Source: Alphaproteobacteria bacterium
GTDB lineage: Bacteria; Pseudomonadota; Alphaproteobacteria; Methylaequorales; Methylaequoraceae
Direction: 5' to 3'
DNA length: 64,000 bases
NCBI GenBank assembly: GCA_045563055.1
Contig: JBJKUR010000007.1
Location: 70,913-134,912 of the forward strand
Shown one piece after another: positions 29,114 through 40,072 of this stretch. Under the pieces are notes generated by a model, which saw only the letters and a list, made by a program, of their open reading frames with translations, did not search any database and was not told the DNA's origin. The position numbers were made by a program, and so were the translations under genes. Every line of letters begins with the position of its first letter. Positions within the stretch are counted from its first letter, which is position 1.

Positions 29114-30305
29114 CTAATAATAAATTATTTATTCCTGAAGATAAGGTCATTAAAAAATAAAAAAATGCTGCAATCGGTAATGATAAATAAAATACTCCCG
29201 TTAATCTATAGAATCTTGCAGTTGGAAAATAGATTGCAATCATCATCAAAATTGAAGAAAGATTAAGAATTATAATAAGGTTAACTAAGTAACTGTTCTC
29301 TAGTTTTAAGATGCAAAGTAAAATTATGATTGCTGGGAATAAATAACTTAAAAATAGCCCTAGGAGAGAGATAATCAAAAATACATATGATTTTTTTAGT
29401 TGCTCAAATGCAGTTCTAGAAACCATTCTCCATATAGTTCTAAGATCTCTATAACTTCTCTCGCTTAAAACTTTATTTGTTAACCCTAACCAGATATTTC
29501 CCTTTTTTTTTATTAACCTTGCTAAATTACAATCGTCTATGACCTTATCTTTTATCCGGGTGTATAAATTGACTTCTTCAAATATTGATGCCTTGCAAAG
29601 TATAAAGCCTCCTGCAGCTGCAGCTGTATTAAAATACCTATTACAAACTTTGTTAAATGGATATAACATTTGAAAAAAAAAGATAAATGGAGGAATAAGA
29701 AGTTTTTCCCAGATAGATTTGCAGTGAAGTTTTGCCATTAAAGAAATCATTATAAAATCAAAATGATTTGCAAAACTCACTGCCCGACTCAAAAGTCCCT
29801 TTCCCAATGTTATATCAGAATCTAAAAACAAAAAGTATTCGAATTTTTTTTTCAAAGCGAAGTCTACACCCTGCTTTAAAGCCCAGGTTTTACCTACCCA
29901 TCCTTTTGGGAGTTTTTTACCATTGAGAAGAGAAAGTTTTGCAAATTCTTTTTTGAAGTCAATTATTTTTTTCGCAGTATTGTCAGAACTATTATCATTG
30001 ATAACTATAACTTCAAGGTGGCTATACTCTTGACTTTTAATAGATTTCAGAGTTTTAATGATGGTATTCTCTTCATTACGAGCTGGTATTATTATACAAA
30101 CCCTATCTTTTGTGGTTTGTATATTGTGAGCCCATTTCTTTTTTTCAAATATTTCGGGGTTTTGCCAAAAGAATTTATCAGTTATAACTTTTCTTCTTCC
30201 GTAAAATAATAACATGTAGACCCAAGTGAAAAATACCAAAAGAGAAATAGATGTTAAAGCTTCATGGGTCATTATCAATTCGGGCATAGATATTGAGTAA
30301 AACAT
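29082..30305 (-). CDS. family 2 glycosyltransferase with N- and C-terminal TM segments (HpnB-like)
   Basis: IIPARNEENTI...VIVINDNSSDNT is a GT2 motif, with flanking hydrophobic segments. It is first in the hpnC-dxs-hpnD-hpnE-shc-hpnG transcription direction. Confidence 0.65.
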   Translation of the reverse strand: MFYSISMPELIMTHEALTSISLLVFFTWVYMLLFYGRRKVITDKFFWQNPEIFEKKKWAHNIQTTKDRVCIIIPARNEENTIIKTLKSIKSQEYSHLEVIVINDNSSDNTAKKIIDFKKEFAKLSLLNGKKLPKGWVGKTWALKQGVDFALKKKFEYFLFLDSDITLGKGLLSRAVSFANHFDFIMISLMAKLHCKSIWEKLLIPPFIFFFQMLYPFNKVCNRYFNTAAAAGGFILCKASIFEEVNLYTRIKDKVIDDCNLARLIKKKGNIWLGLTNKVLSERSYRDLRTIWRMVSRTAFEQLKKSYVFLIISLLGLFLSYLFPAIIILLCILKLENSYLVNLIIILNLSSILMMIAIYFPTARFYRLTGVFYLSLPIAAFFYFLMTLSSGINNLLLDGNNWKGRKY

Positions 30306-30427
30306 TCCCAGTTGTAAAAAAACAACAACGTGGAAGTAATTTTATTACATTTACATCAAATTACTTGATTTATAAAGAATTCTATTATAATTGTAAATTA
30401 TGATTAATAATTATACATTAAACTAGA

Positions 30428-30446
30428 TTGCCTAATTATTAGGCAA
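30428..30446. promoter_or_regulatory. perfect 19-bp palindrome TTGCCTAAT-T-ATTAGGCAA, candidate operator
   Basis: Read directly from the sequence. It lies 22 bp upstream of ATG 30468, just 5' of the AAGGGAAAGGA ribosome-binding region. Confidence 0.4.
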
Positions 30447-30467
30447 ATTAAGGGAAAGGACTTGTTA

Positions 30468-31274
30468 ATGTTAAGAAAAATCTTATTTGTTGGAGCTTTA
30501 TCGCTCCCGTTTGTTATGGCATCTCCAGCCAAATCATTCGAGTTTCCAGATAAACCACCAGTTGGTGAACTTTCTGCCAATGTCAGTTATTATACAAACT
30601 ATATCTGGAGGGGTGAAGAACAAACAGGTGGTATGTCAATTCAAGGGGGTTTTGACTATTCTGTTAACCTATTGGAAACTTACATAGATGCTTACGTAGG
30701 TACATGGGCAGCAAACTTAAACACCAATGGTTTTGGTATGGAATTAGACTACTATGGTGGTTTTACCGGAGCGATACCGCTTGTTGAGGACTATTTATCA
30801 TATGACATAGGTATGTTATATTACGATTATCCTGGGGCTTCTTCTCAACATAATGCTGGAAACGATGGAACTGGCGGATCTGGTACACAAGGCATGGAAT
30901 TCTTAGAATGGTATGGCTCTATTGGAATTTCAGGATTACCAGCAGATCTCGGTATTTCCTACTACTTTGGTTATTCTCCAACAGGTTTCGCTCAAAATTA
31001 TGATTATACATATCATAATATTTCTGCGGAAATTCCTATACCTTCAACACCATTTACATTGTATGGTGGAGTAGGATTCACTGATTCCGATACTGCAGAT
31101 AGCACAACAGGTTATGGTTTTACTGATTACCTAGTTGGTGTATCAACTTCTGCTTTCGGTCTTGACTGGGGCGTTCAGTACACAACAACTTCTGATTATG
31201 CAGCATCTGGTGAAGATGCGGACACCACACTTGGCGGTGATCACGTTGTTGGATATGTTTCAGCTAGTTTTTAA
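30468..31274 (+). CDS. outer-membrane beta-barrel protein (Gcw_chp/TorF-like porin family)
   Basis: Signal peptide ending ..ASPAKS; SANVSYYTNYIWRGEEQTGG..IQGGFDY family signature; Gly/Tyr/Thr-rich; terminal ..VSASF. Confidence 0.7.
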   Translation: MLRKILFVGALSLPFVMASPAKSFEFPDKPPVGELSANVSYYTNYIWRGEEQTGGMSIQGGFDYSVNLLETYIDAYVGTWAANLNTNGFGMELDYYGGFTGAIPLVEDYLSYDIGMLYYDYPGASSQHNAGNDGTGGSGTQGMEFLEWYGSIGISGLPADLGISYYFGYSPTGFAQNYDYTYHNISAEIPIPSTPFTLYGGVGFTDSDTADSTTGYGFTDYLVGVSTSAFGLDWGVQYTTTSDYAASGEDADTTLGGDHVVGYVSASF

Positions 31275-31304
31275 TAGTCTGAAAAATATTATTTATTAAC
31301 AAGT

Positions 31305-32373
31305 TTAGCGGGGCGAGTATGTTCGCCCCGTTTTGTTTTTGTATCTAACTTCACATATAGAGATTGTTATTAATGACAGAGCAATTAATGCACCTAATTG
31401 ATGCATCAAACCAAGAAGAGTCGGAACATAAAGTTTAAGTATAATTATACCAAGAGTATATTGCAAAAGTATAACTAAAGTTAAACTGTAAAATAAAAAT
31501 TTATAATCATCGAACAAACGATCCTTGTTGGCTTTAAAAACTGTATGTAGTACGAAAAGGAGGGTAAAAGTGGGCAACTATTCGATGCAAAAATTGCAGA
31601 AATCCTTGGTCATATATCAACTTTTTAAAGCTTAACCCACCTTCCTCGTATAAGATAGGTGGCAACAAACTGTCTCCCATGAGCGGGAAATTATTGTAGG
31701 ATAGTCCAGCCTCAGTGCCCGATACAAGCGCACCAGCAGAAATCGTTATTATCAAAAGTAGGAAAGAAAAAGTAAGGTTTCTTTTATGGATTTCATAATG
31801 TTTGGAACTTATTATTCGAAAGCTCGAACTTTCAGATTTAAACAATTTCCAGAAAAAATACAGTAATATTGAATATATAAGAAATGCAGTTGATAGATGA
31901 ATAGATAGTCTGAAATGACTAACATCTGGTCTCTCCGCTAAACCGCTTTTAACCATATACCAGCCCATGAATGCTTGAAATAAACCAAGAAGCGATAATA
32001 AAGTTAGTATCTTTTTTTCTGAGTCTGAAAAAGCCTTTTTTAACCACAAATATATTAGTGGGACAAAGAATGTAAGTCCTACCAATCTTCCCCAAATTCT
32101 GTGAAAGTATTCCCAAAAAAATATTTTTTTAAATTCAACTAAAGTCATATCAAAGTTTTTAATATTATATTCAGGATATTGTTTATATTTTTGAAAAAGG
32201 TTTACCCAGTCATATTCATTTAAAGGGGGTATAATACCTTTTATCAAATTCCAGTCTGTCATTGACAACCCAGAGTCTGTAAGTCTCGTGATACCTCCGA
32301 TAATTACCATCGTTATGACCATAAAGAGATTAATACCAAGCCATAAGAGTTTTTGTTTTCTAAAACTATCCAT
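31305..32373 (-). pseudogene. ctaA: heme A synthase (COX15/CtaA), frame broken as assembled
   Basis: ITRLTDSGLSMTDW and FWEYFHRIWGRL are CtaA motifs. ORFs 32373-31534 and 31577-31305 are collinear halves that join by removing one base between 31534 and 31577. Confidence 0.75.
31309..31340 (+). terminator. rho-independent terminator of the porin-like gene
   Basis: Perfect 8-bp GC-rich stem CGGGGCGA / TCGCCCCG with a 6-nt loop, followed by TTTTGTTTTT. Confidence 0.75.
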
Positions 32374-32486
32374 ATATAAATATTAATAATTCTTAAATTG
32401 AAAATTAAAACACATAATTATGATGTACAATATTATTATTTACATAATTTATTGACAAATTACTCTATTTATATTTTATTTTAAAT

Positions 32487-33182
32487 ATGTCTAATGAATT
32501 GAATTATGTTAGAATTCTTAATGAATCTCTGCAAGATGCCTCTCCATTTGAGGTTTTAAAACTATCAGTAGAAAAACTCTTTAAAAAAAAATTAATTTAT
32601 GTTTGTTCTTTTGGTGCGGAATCGGCTGTGATTCTTCATATGATTTCTAGAATTAACAAAAACCTACCGATAGTTTTGCTAAATACAAATTTTCTATTCA
32701 AAGAAACAATTGATTACAAGAACTATTTACTTGAAAAATTGGAACTAAATAATTTCAAAGAAATTTTACCAGACGAACGTGATTTATTAAATAAGGACAA
32801 AAGGAATTTATGGAAAATCAATCCTGATTTATGTTGTAATATCAGAAAAGTACAGCCACTTAATAAGGTATTAAAAGGATATAACGCCTGGATTTCTGGG
32901 AGAAAATCATACCACAATGGTGAAAGAAAAGGAGTTAAATTTTTTGAATTGCTCGACCAAAAAATAATAATTAATCCTCTTGTAGATTCTGACATGAAAT
33001 TTATTGATAACTATTTTGAGAAAAATAAGATTGAGAGACACCCCTTATTTAAAAAAGGTTTTTTATCAATTGGATGTACCCATTGTACAAAAAAAACGAT
33101 AGACTTAGAAAATCCAAGGTCAGGAAGATGGTCAGACACAACGAAAACAGAATGCGGCATACATAAAAACTTTTATAAATAG
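32487..33182 (+). CDS. cysH: assimilatory adenylylsulfate (APS)/PAPS reductase, Fe-S (APS-type) variant
   Basis: DLCCNIRKVQPL, SIGCTHCT and the C-terminal KTECGIH motif. Confidence 0.85.
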   Translation: MSNELNYVRILNESLQDASPFEVLKLSVEKLFKKKLIYVCSFGAESAVILHMISRINKNLPIVLLNTNFLFKETIDYKNYLLEKLELNNFKEILPDERDLLNKDKRNLWKINPDLCCNIRKVQPLNKVLKGYNAWISGRKSYHNGERKGVKFFELLDQKIIINPLVDSDMKFIDNYFEKNKIERHPLFKKGFLSIGCTHCTKKTIDLENPRSGRWSDTTKTECGIHKNFYK

Positions 33183-33183
33183 A

Positions 33184-33981
33184 ATGGAATCTAATTTACA
33201 AAAACTAGAAAATGAAAGCATATATATTTTTCGTCAAGCCTATAGGTCAATCCATAATACGGCAATTTTATGGTCATTAGGCAAAGATTCAAATGTAATG
33301 ATATGGCTAGCATTCAAGGCATTTTTTGGAAAGATTCCTTTTCCTGTTGTTCATGTTGATACTGATAAAAAATTCAAAGAAATGTATAAATTTAGAGATC
33401 AGTATGAAAAAAAGTGGAAACTGAATTTAATAAAAGGTAAGTGCCCTCCGATAAGTAAGATTGATCCCTCTCTTCCTCCAGCAGCAAGATCAGCTGCGAG
33501 AAAAACTGAGGGATTAAAAGAGATAATTTCTAAATACAAATTCAGAGGCATTATAGCTGGAATAAGAAGAGATGAACAAGGAACAAGAGCCAAAGAAAGG
33601 GTATTTAGTCCACGAGATGAGTCTGGAAAATGGAATATCAAAAATCAACCTCCTGAATTTTGGGATCAAAGTAATTTTAATTATCCAGAATCTGTTCATG
33701 TTAGAATTCATCCATTATTAGGTTGGACAGAACTAGATATTTGGAGATACATTAAGCAAGAAAATATACCAATCGTAGATTTATATTTTTCAAGAAAAGG
33801 ACTTAGATATAGATCGCTAGGAGATAAAGATATTACCTTTCCAATGAAAAGCAATGCATTAAGTATCGAAGAAATTATTAAAGAACTTGAAATTTCTAAA
33901 GTTTCTGAAAGAGCTGGACGGGCTATGGATCATGAAGATGAGAATGTCTTTGAAAAATTAAGGTCCAAGGGGTATATGTAG
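33184..33981 (+). CDS. cysD: sulfate adenylyltransferase subunit 2
   Basis: LENESIYIFRQ, SLGKDSNVM PP-loop and GIRRDEQGTRAKERVFS. Confidence 0.9.
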   Translation: MESNLQKLENESIYIFRQAYRSIHNTAILWSLGKDSNVMIWLAFKAFFGKIPFPVVHVDTDKKFKEMYKFRDQYEKKWKLNLIKGKCPPISKIDPSLPPAARSAARKTEGLKEIISKYKFRGIIAGIRRDEQGTRAKERVFSPRDESGKWNIKNQPPEFWDQSNFNYPESVHVRIHPLLGWTELDIWRYIKQENIPIVDLYFSRKGLRYRSLGDKDITFPMKSNALSIEEIIKELEISKVSERAGRAMDHEDENVFEKLRSKGYM

Positions 33982-33982
33982 A

Positions 33983-35845
33983 ATGAATTACAATAAGCAC
34001 GATGAAAATGTTCCAAAAGTTGTAATTGTCGGGCATGTGGATCATGGTAAATCATCATTTATTGGAAGAATGCTTTATGATATTGGAGAAATACCTGAGG
34101 ATAGATTTTTAGATTTAAAGAACGCTAGTGAAAAAAGAGGAATCAATTTTGAATTTGCGTTTCTTTTGGATGCATTACAAGATGAAAGAGATCAAGGGAT
34201 TACCATTGATACAACCAGAATTTTTTTTAAAACAAATAATAGAAAATATTCATTTATAGATGCCCCCGGGCACAAAGAGTTTATAAAAAATATGATTACT
34301 GGTGCAGCCTCTGCAGATATTGCAATTTTAATTGTTGATGTATTTGAGGGAATCAAACAACAAACCAAGAAACACGCTTACTTGTTAAAACTTCTAGGCG
34401 TTGAACAAGTAATCACAATTTTTAATAAAATGGATAAAGTTGAATATAAAAAAAAGATCTATGATGATCTTAAGAATAACTTAAATAAATTTTTAAATAA
34501 CTTGGGTATTAAAGCAAAATTTTTTATCCCAGTTTCGTCTAAGTTTGGTGACAACATTGTCACAAAAGGTAAAAAAATGCCATGGTATAAGGGGCATACA
34601 TTTGTTGAAGTTCTCGATGAATATAAAATAAATGATGAGGAAATATCTGAAAATATAAGATTTCCAGTTCAAGATATATACAAACTTGGTGAGAAAAGAG
34701 TTATAGTTGGGCGAATTGAGTTAGGTCAGATATCTGTTGGTACAAATTTATTATTTCTTCCCTCCAATGAGTCTGTAAGTGTAAAATCTCTTGAGGCCTG
34801 GCCAAAGCCAAAAGGAAAATACCAAAAAGGTGATTGCATCGGAATAACATTATCAGAGCAAATTTTCGTTGATAAAGGAAATTTAGCGTCAGATACTATC
34901 TTACCCCCTAAATTAATGAATAGATTTGAGTCAATTGTATTTTGGTTAAGTGAAAAAAAAATTTCGTTTGAAAGTAAATATATTTTAAAAATCAACGCAG
35001 CTGAGTTTGATGTGAACATTCGGAAAATTAAAAAGATTATAGATACCGAAACACTTAACCCAAAAAAATCGTTGAATATTTCTAAAAATGACATCTGTGA
35101 GCTTGTAATTCATTCTTCACAGCTTATTCCAATGGATGATTACAACTTTAACAAGTCGACAGCAAGGTTTTGCATCTTAGACGATGAGGAGATTTTAGCA
35201 GGAGGAATAATTGACTTAAAAAATTACCCTGATCAGAGAGAAGTTAAGACTCACCATACCAAAAATATTGTACCAGTGAGAAACACTATAGCAGAGATAG
35301 ACAGATCTATTAAATTTAACCATAGACCTGGAATTATTTGGTTAACTGGTCTATCAGGGTCGGGTAAAAGCACACTTTCAAAAAATGTTGAAAAGAGACT
35401 ATTTAAGAAAGATTTTAATATTTTTACTCTGGATGGGGATAATCTAAGATTAGGTTTAAATAAGAATCTCAATTTTTCTCCTGAAGATAGAACTGAAAAT
35501 ATACGAAGAACTGCTGAAGTAGCTAGGTTATTCACTCAAGCAGGTTTTATAGTTCTAGTTTCATTAATATCTCCTTACAGAAGTGAGAGAAAAAAAGCAA
35601 GAGATATCAGACCTGAATTATTCAGAGAAATATATGTAAAGGCATCTATCGAAGTTTGTAAAGCAAGAGATGTTAAAGGCCTGTATGGGAAAGCTCTAAG
35701 AGGAGATATTAAAAATTTTACTGGAATCTCATCACCCTATGAAGAGCCAGAAAAACCTGATCTTACAATAGATACATCTGTCCAGAAAGTTGATGAGAGT
35801 ATTGAATTATTACAACAATACATAGTTGATGAATTTAGTTTCTAG
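33983..35845 (+). CDS. cysN: bifunctional sulfate adenylyltransferase subunit 1 / adenylylsulfate kinase (CysN-CysC fusion)
   Basis: The N-terminal GTPase has GHVDHGKSS, DAPGH and NKMD. The C-terminal APS kinase has GLSGSGKST and LDGDNLR. Confidence 0.92.
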   Translation: MNYNKHDENVPKVVIVGHVDHGKSSFIGRMLYDIGEIPEDRFLDLKNASEKRGINFEFAFLLDALQDERDQGITIDTTRIFFKTNNRKYSFIDAPGHKEFIKNMITGAASADIAILIVDVFEGIKQQTKKHAYLLKLLGVEQVITIFNKMDKVEYKKKIYDDLKNNLNKFLNNLGIKAKFFIPVSSKFGDNIVTKGKKMPWYKGHTFVEVLDEYKINDEEISENIRFPVQDIYKLGEKRVIVGRIELGQISVGTNLLFLPSNESVSVKSLEAWPKPKGKYQKGDCIGITLSEQIFVDKGNLASDTILPPKLMNRFESIVFWLSEKKISFESKYILKINAAEFDVNIRKIKKIIDTETLNPKKSLNISKNDICELVIHSSQLIPMDDYNFNKSTARFCILDDEEILAGGIIDLKNYPDQREVKTHHTKNIVPVRNTIAEIDRSIKFNHRPGIIWLTGLSGSGKSTLSKNVEKRLFKKDFNIFTLDGDNLRLGLNKNLNFSPEDRTENIRRTAEVARLFTQAGFIVLVSLISPYRSERKKARDIRPELFREIYVKASIEVCKARDVKGLYGKALRGDIKNFTGISSPYEEPEKPDLTIDTSVQKVDESIELLQQYIVDEFSF

Positions 35846-35852
35846 AAACTAC

Positions 35853-35880
35853 TTGACATATTTAAACTAAATATTATTTT
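35853..35880 (+). promoter_or_regulatory. putative sigma70-type groESL promoter (TTGACA, then TATTTT 16 bp downstream)
   Basis: TTGACA at 35853-35858 and an AT-rich -10 candidate at 35875-35880, immediately 5' of CIRCE. Confidence 0.45.
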
Positions 35881-35905
35881 AGCACTCATAAGCAACGAGT
35901 GCTAA
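35879..35905 (+). promoter_or_regulatory. CIRCE operator (HrcA binding site)
   Basis: TTAGCACTC-N9-GAGTGCTAA, a perfect match to the CIRCE consensus, 43 bp upstream of groES. Confidence 0.9.
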
Positions 35906-35947
35906 CAAGACTCGTGTATATGAATTGTCTAAGAAAGGAGATTCTTT

Positions 35948-36235
35948 ATGAAATTTAAACCATTACACGACAGAGTGGTCGTAAGAAGAATAGATTCTGA
36001 TGAAAAATCATCGGGAGGAATTATCATCCCTGACACAGCTAAGGAGAAACCAAGTGAAGGTGAAGTTTTAGCTGTTGGCCCTGGCGAGATGACAGAAGAC
36101 GGTAAACTCAAACAAATGAATGTTAAATCTGGTGATAAAATACTTTTTGGAAAATGGTCTGGCACCGAAGTCAAACTAGATGGTCAAGATGTATTGATAA
36201 TGAAAGAATCAGATATTATGGGAATTCTAGATTAA
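35948..36235 (+). CDS. groES: co-chaperonin GroES
   Basis: [28 protein letters not shown], with an AAGGAG Shine-Dalgarno sequence. Confidence 0.97.
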   Translation: MKFKPLHDRVVVRRIDSDEKSSGGIIIPDTAKEKPSEGEVLAVGPGEMTEDGKLKQMNVKSGDKILFGKWSGTEVKLDGQDVLIMKESDIMGILD

Positions 36236-37927
<1,692 letters not shown>

Positions 37928-37959
37928 GCCAATAGCTTTTCTTGTTATAAATTTATATA

Positions 37960-38004
37960 ATCAACCTTAAGTTTAGCCTATATTTGGCTGGATTTAAGGT
38001 TGAT
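37960..38004. terminator. inverted repeat between convergent groEL and the DUF934 gene (candidate bidirectional terminator)
   Basis: 11-bp arms ATCAACCTTAA / TTAAGGTTGAT with a 23-nt loop containing a nested AGCC/GGCT pair. The right arm overlaps the DUF934 gene stop. Confidence 0.4.
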
Positions 38005-38443
38005 AATAAAGTCCGTCATCAATATTTAATAATTCAATCCATAAGTCTTTCTGGTCTTTAGATATTTCAACAGTGCTGAAACCGCACCTAAGCAAAAAAA
38101 CAAATTGATCTGGGAGAATATTTCCTGAAGCTCTAATTTCTTGGGTATAATTGTATTTTCTCCTAAGTTCTTTAGCTAAAGTGAAAGGTCGTCCGTCTTT
38201 AAAACTCCTAAAATTAATTTCAATTAATTTAAAAAAGGTTAAATCATTTGCTATAGGTAAAACATTTTCATCGGAAAAAATTTGTATTCCTAAATTTGAA
38301 ATCCTTTTCTTGGAATTTTTAAATAGATTCCATTGTTTTAGGTTTAATATTGTATATTCTTTGACATCACTTACACAAAAACATTCGCTCTGTATTTTCA
38401 GGAATTTGTTTTTTTTTTCAACTTTTTTGTCAAGAATTATCAT
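37994..38443 (-). CDS. DUF934-family protein (sulfite-reduction associated)
   Basis: FKDGRPFTLAKELR and the position directly downstream of and overlapping cysI. The family name is recalled. Confidence 0.65.
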   Translation of the reverse strand: MIILDKKVEKKNKFLKIQSECFCVSDVKEYTILNLKQWNLFKNSKKRISNLGIQIFSDENVLPIANDLTFFKLIEINFRSFKDGRPFTLAKELRRKYNYTQEIRASGNILPDQFVFLLRCGFSTVEISKDQKDLWIELLNIDDGLYYQP

Positions 38444-40070
38444 AAAGATTTCTTTTGAATTCCTCTATACCAATTCTATTAAATACGTTAATAAAATCAT
38501 CATCTTTATTAATTCTATTTTTCTTATAGGTCTGTATAATGTTCTCAATAGCTGGAATAAGTTCCTCCTCAGAGAATGATGGTCCAATAATTTTTCCTAT
38601 AGCTGCATTTTCATCTGCAGCACCTCCTAAAGTAATTTGATAGAACTCTTCACCTTTCCTATCAAGCCCCAGAATACCAATATTTCCAACGTGATGATGT
38701 CCACAGGCGTTTATACATCCTGAGATTTTTATTTTCAGACTACCTATTTCGTTTTGTTTAATAAAACTCTCAAAATGATTACTTATTTTTTGAGATATTG
38801 GGATTGATCTTGCAGTAGCTAAAGCGCAATAATCCATACCAGGACAACATATGGTGTCTGTAATCAAACCTATATTAGGTGTAGCTAAATTAATTTTTTC
38901 TAATTGTTTCCATACTTTAAAAATATTGGAATTTAAAACATGAGGAAGAATTAAGTTTTGTTCGTGAGAAACTCTGACTTCTCCAAAAGAGAATTGATCA
39001 GATATATCTGCTAACTCCCTCATTTGTTGACTAGTTGCATCTCCAGGGGGGGTTTTAGTTGATTTCAAGGATACAAAAACAATCGAATAACCTTCAATTT
39101 TATGCGATTTAGTATTTTGTTTTTTCCACATTGAAAATTTTTTATTATCAAAATCAATTTTTTTTACTGTTTGTCTGGTAAGAACTGGTAGCTTAAAAAA
39201 ACTATAAATTTCATCTAATGTATTTTTTTCTATCTCTAATTTTTTACTTTTAAACTTTAGAAAATTCTGCTCAACTGACTCTGAAAAACTTTCAATTCCC
39301 ATCTCATTTACTAGGATCTTAATTCTCGCTTTATATATATTATCTCTTCTACCAAATTGATTATAAGTTGTGAGTATTGCTTCAAGATAGTTTAGTAAGT
39401 CTTTTTTTAATAGAAAACTCCTAACTTTTTTTGCAATATGGGGTGTTCGTCCTTGCCCACCTCCAACAAAAACTTCAAAACCAATTTCATTATCTTTCTT
39501 TATCAACCTTAAGCCTATATCATGAACCAAGATAGCTGCTCTGTCTCCTGTACATCCTGTAACTGCAATTTTAAACTTTCTCGGTAGAAATGAGAATTCT
39601 GGATGAAATGTAGACCATTTTCTAATTATCTCGCACCACGGTCTAGGATCTTCAACTTCGTTATCGGTTAGTCCCGCAAGATGATCACAAGAAATATTTC
39701 TAATACAATTTCCAGATGTTTGAATTGCATGCATTTCAACTTTTGAGAGCTCTTTCAGAATTTCTGGAATCTCAGTTAATCTTGGCCAATTAAATTGAAT
39801 ATTCTGTCTAGTAGTAAAATGACCATAACCTTTATCAAATTTATCTGCAATAAAAGCAAGTTTTCTGAGTTGTTTTGAAGAAAGCTCTCCATAGGGTATT
39901 GCAACTCTAAGCATGTATGCATGAAGCTGGAGGTACAAACCATTCATTAGTCTTAGGGGTTTAAACTCTTCTTCTGAAAGTTTCCCTCTGAGCCTCCTGT
40001 GAACCTGATTTTCGAATTGCTTAATTCTAGTTGATATTATTTTCTTATCTATTTCTGAATATTTATACAT
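38430..40070 (-). CDS. cysI: sulfite reductase hemoprotein (nitrite/sulfite reductase, siroheme/4Fe-4S)
   Basis: 546 aa with CPGMDYCALA and SGCINACGHHHVGNIGILG cluster-binding motifs. Confidence 0.88.
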   Translation of the reverse strand: MYKYSEIDKKIISTRIKQFENQVHRRLRGKLSEEEFKPLRLMNGLYLQLHAYMLRVAIPYGELSSKQLRKLAFIADKFDKGYGHFTTRQNIQFNWPRLTEIPEILKELSKVEMHAIQTSGNCIRNISCDHLAGLTDNEVEDPRPWCEIIRKWSTFHPEFSFLPRKFKIAVTGCTGDRAAILVHDIGLRLIKKDNEIGFEVFVGGGQGRTPHIAKKVRSFLLKKDLLNYLEAILTTYNQFGRRDNIYKARIKILVNEMGIESFSESVEQNFLKFKSKKLEIEKNTLDEIYSFFKLPVLTRQTVKKIDFDNKKFSMWKKQNTKSHKIEGYSIVFVSLKSTKTPPGDATSQQMRELADISDQFSFGEVRVSHEQNLILPHVLNSNIFKVWKQLEKINLATPNIGLITDTICCPGMDYCALATARSIPISQKISNHFESFIKQNEIGSLKIKISGCINACGHHHVGNIGILGLDRKGEEFYQITLGGAADENAAIGKIIGPSFSEEELIPAIENIIQTYKKNRINKDDDFINVFNRIGIEEFKRNLYDNS

Positions 40071-40072
40071 TT

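Noticed and set aside
32452-32480. TTGACA box upstream of cysH as a promoter.
   Set aside because: There is no convincing -10 hexamer at 16-18 bp spacing, and many TA-rich hexamers occur by chance here.
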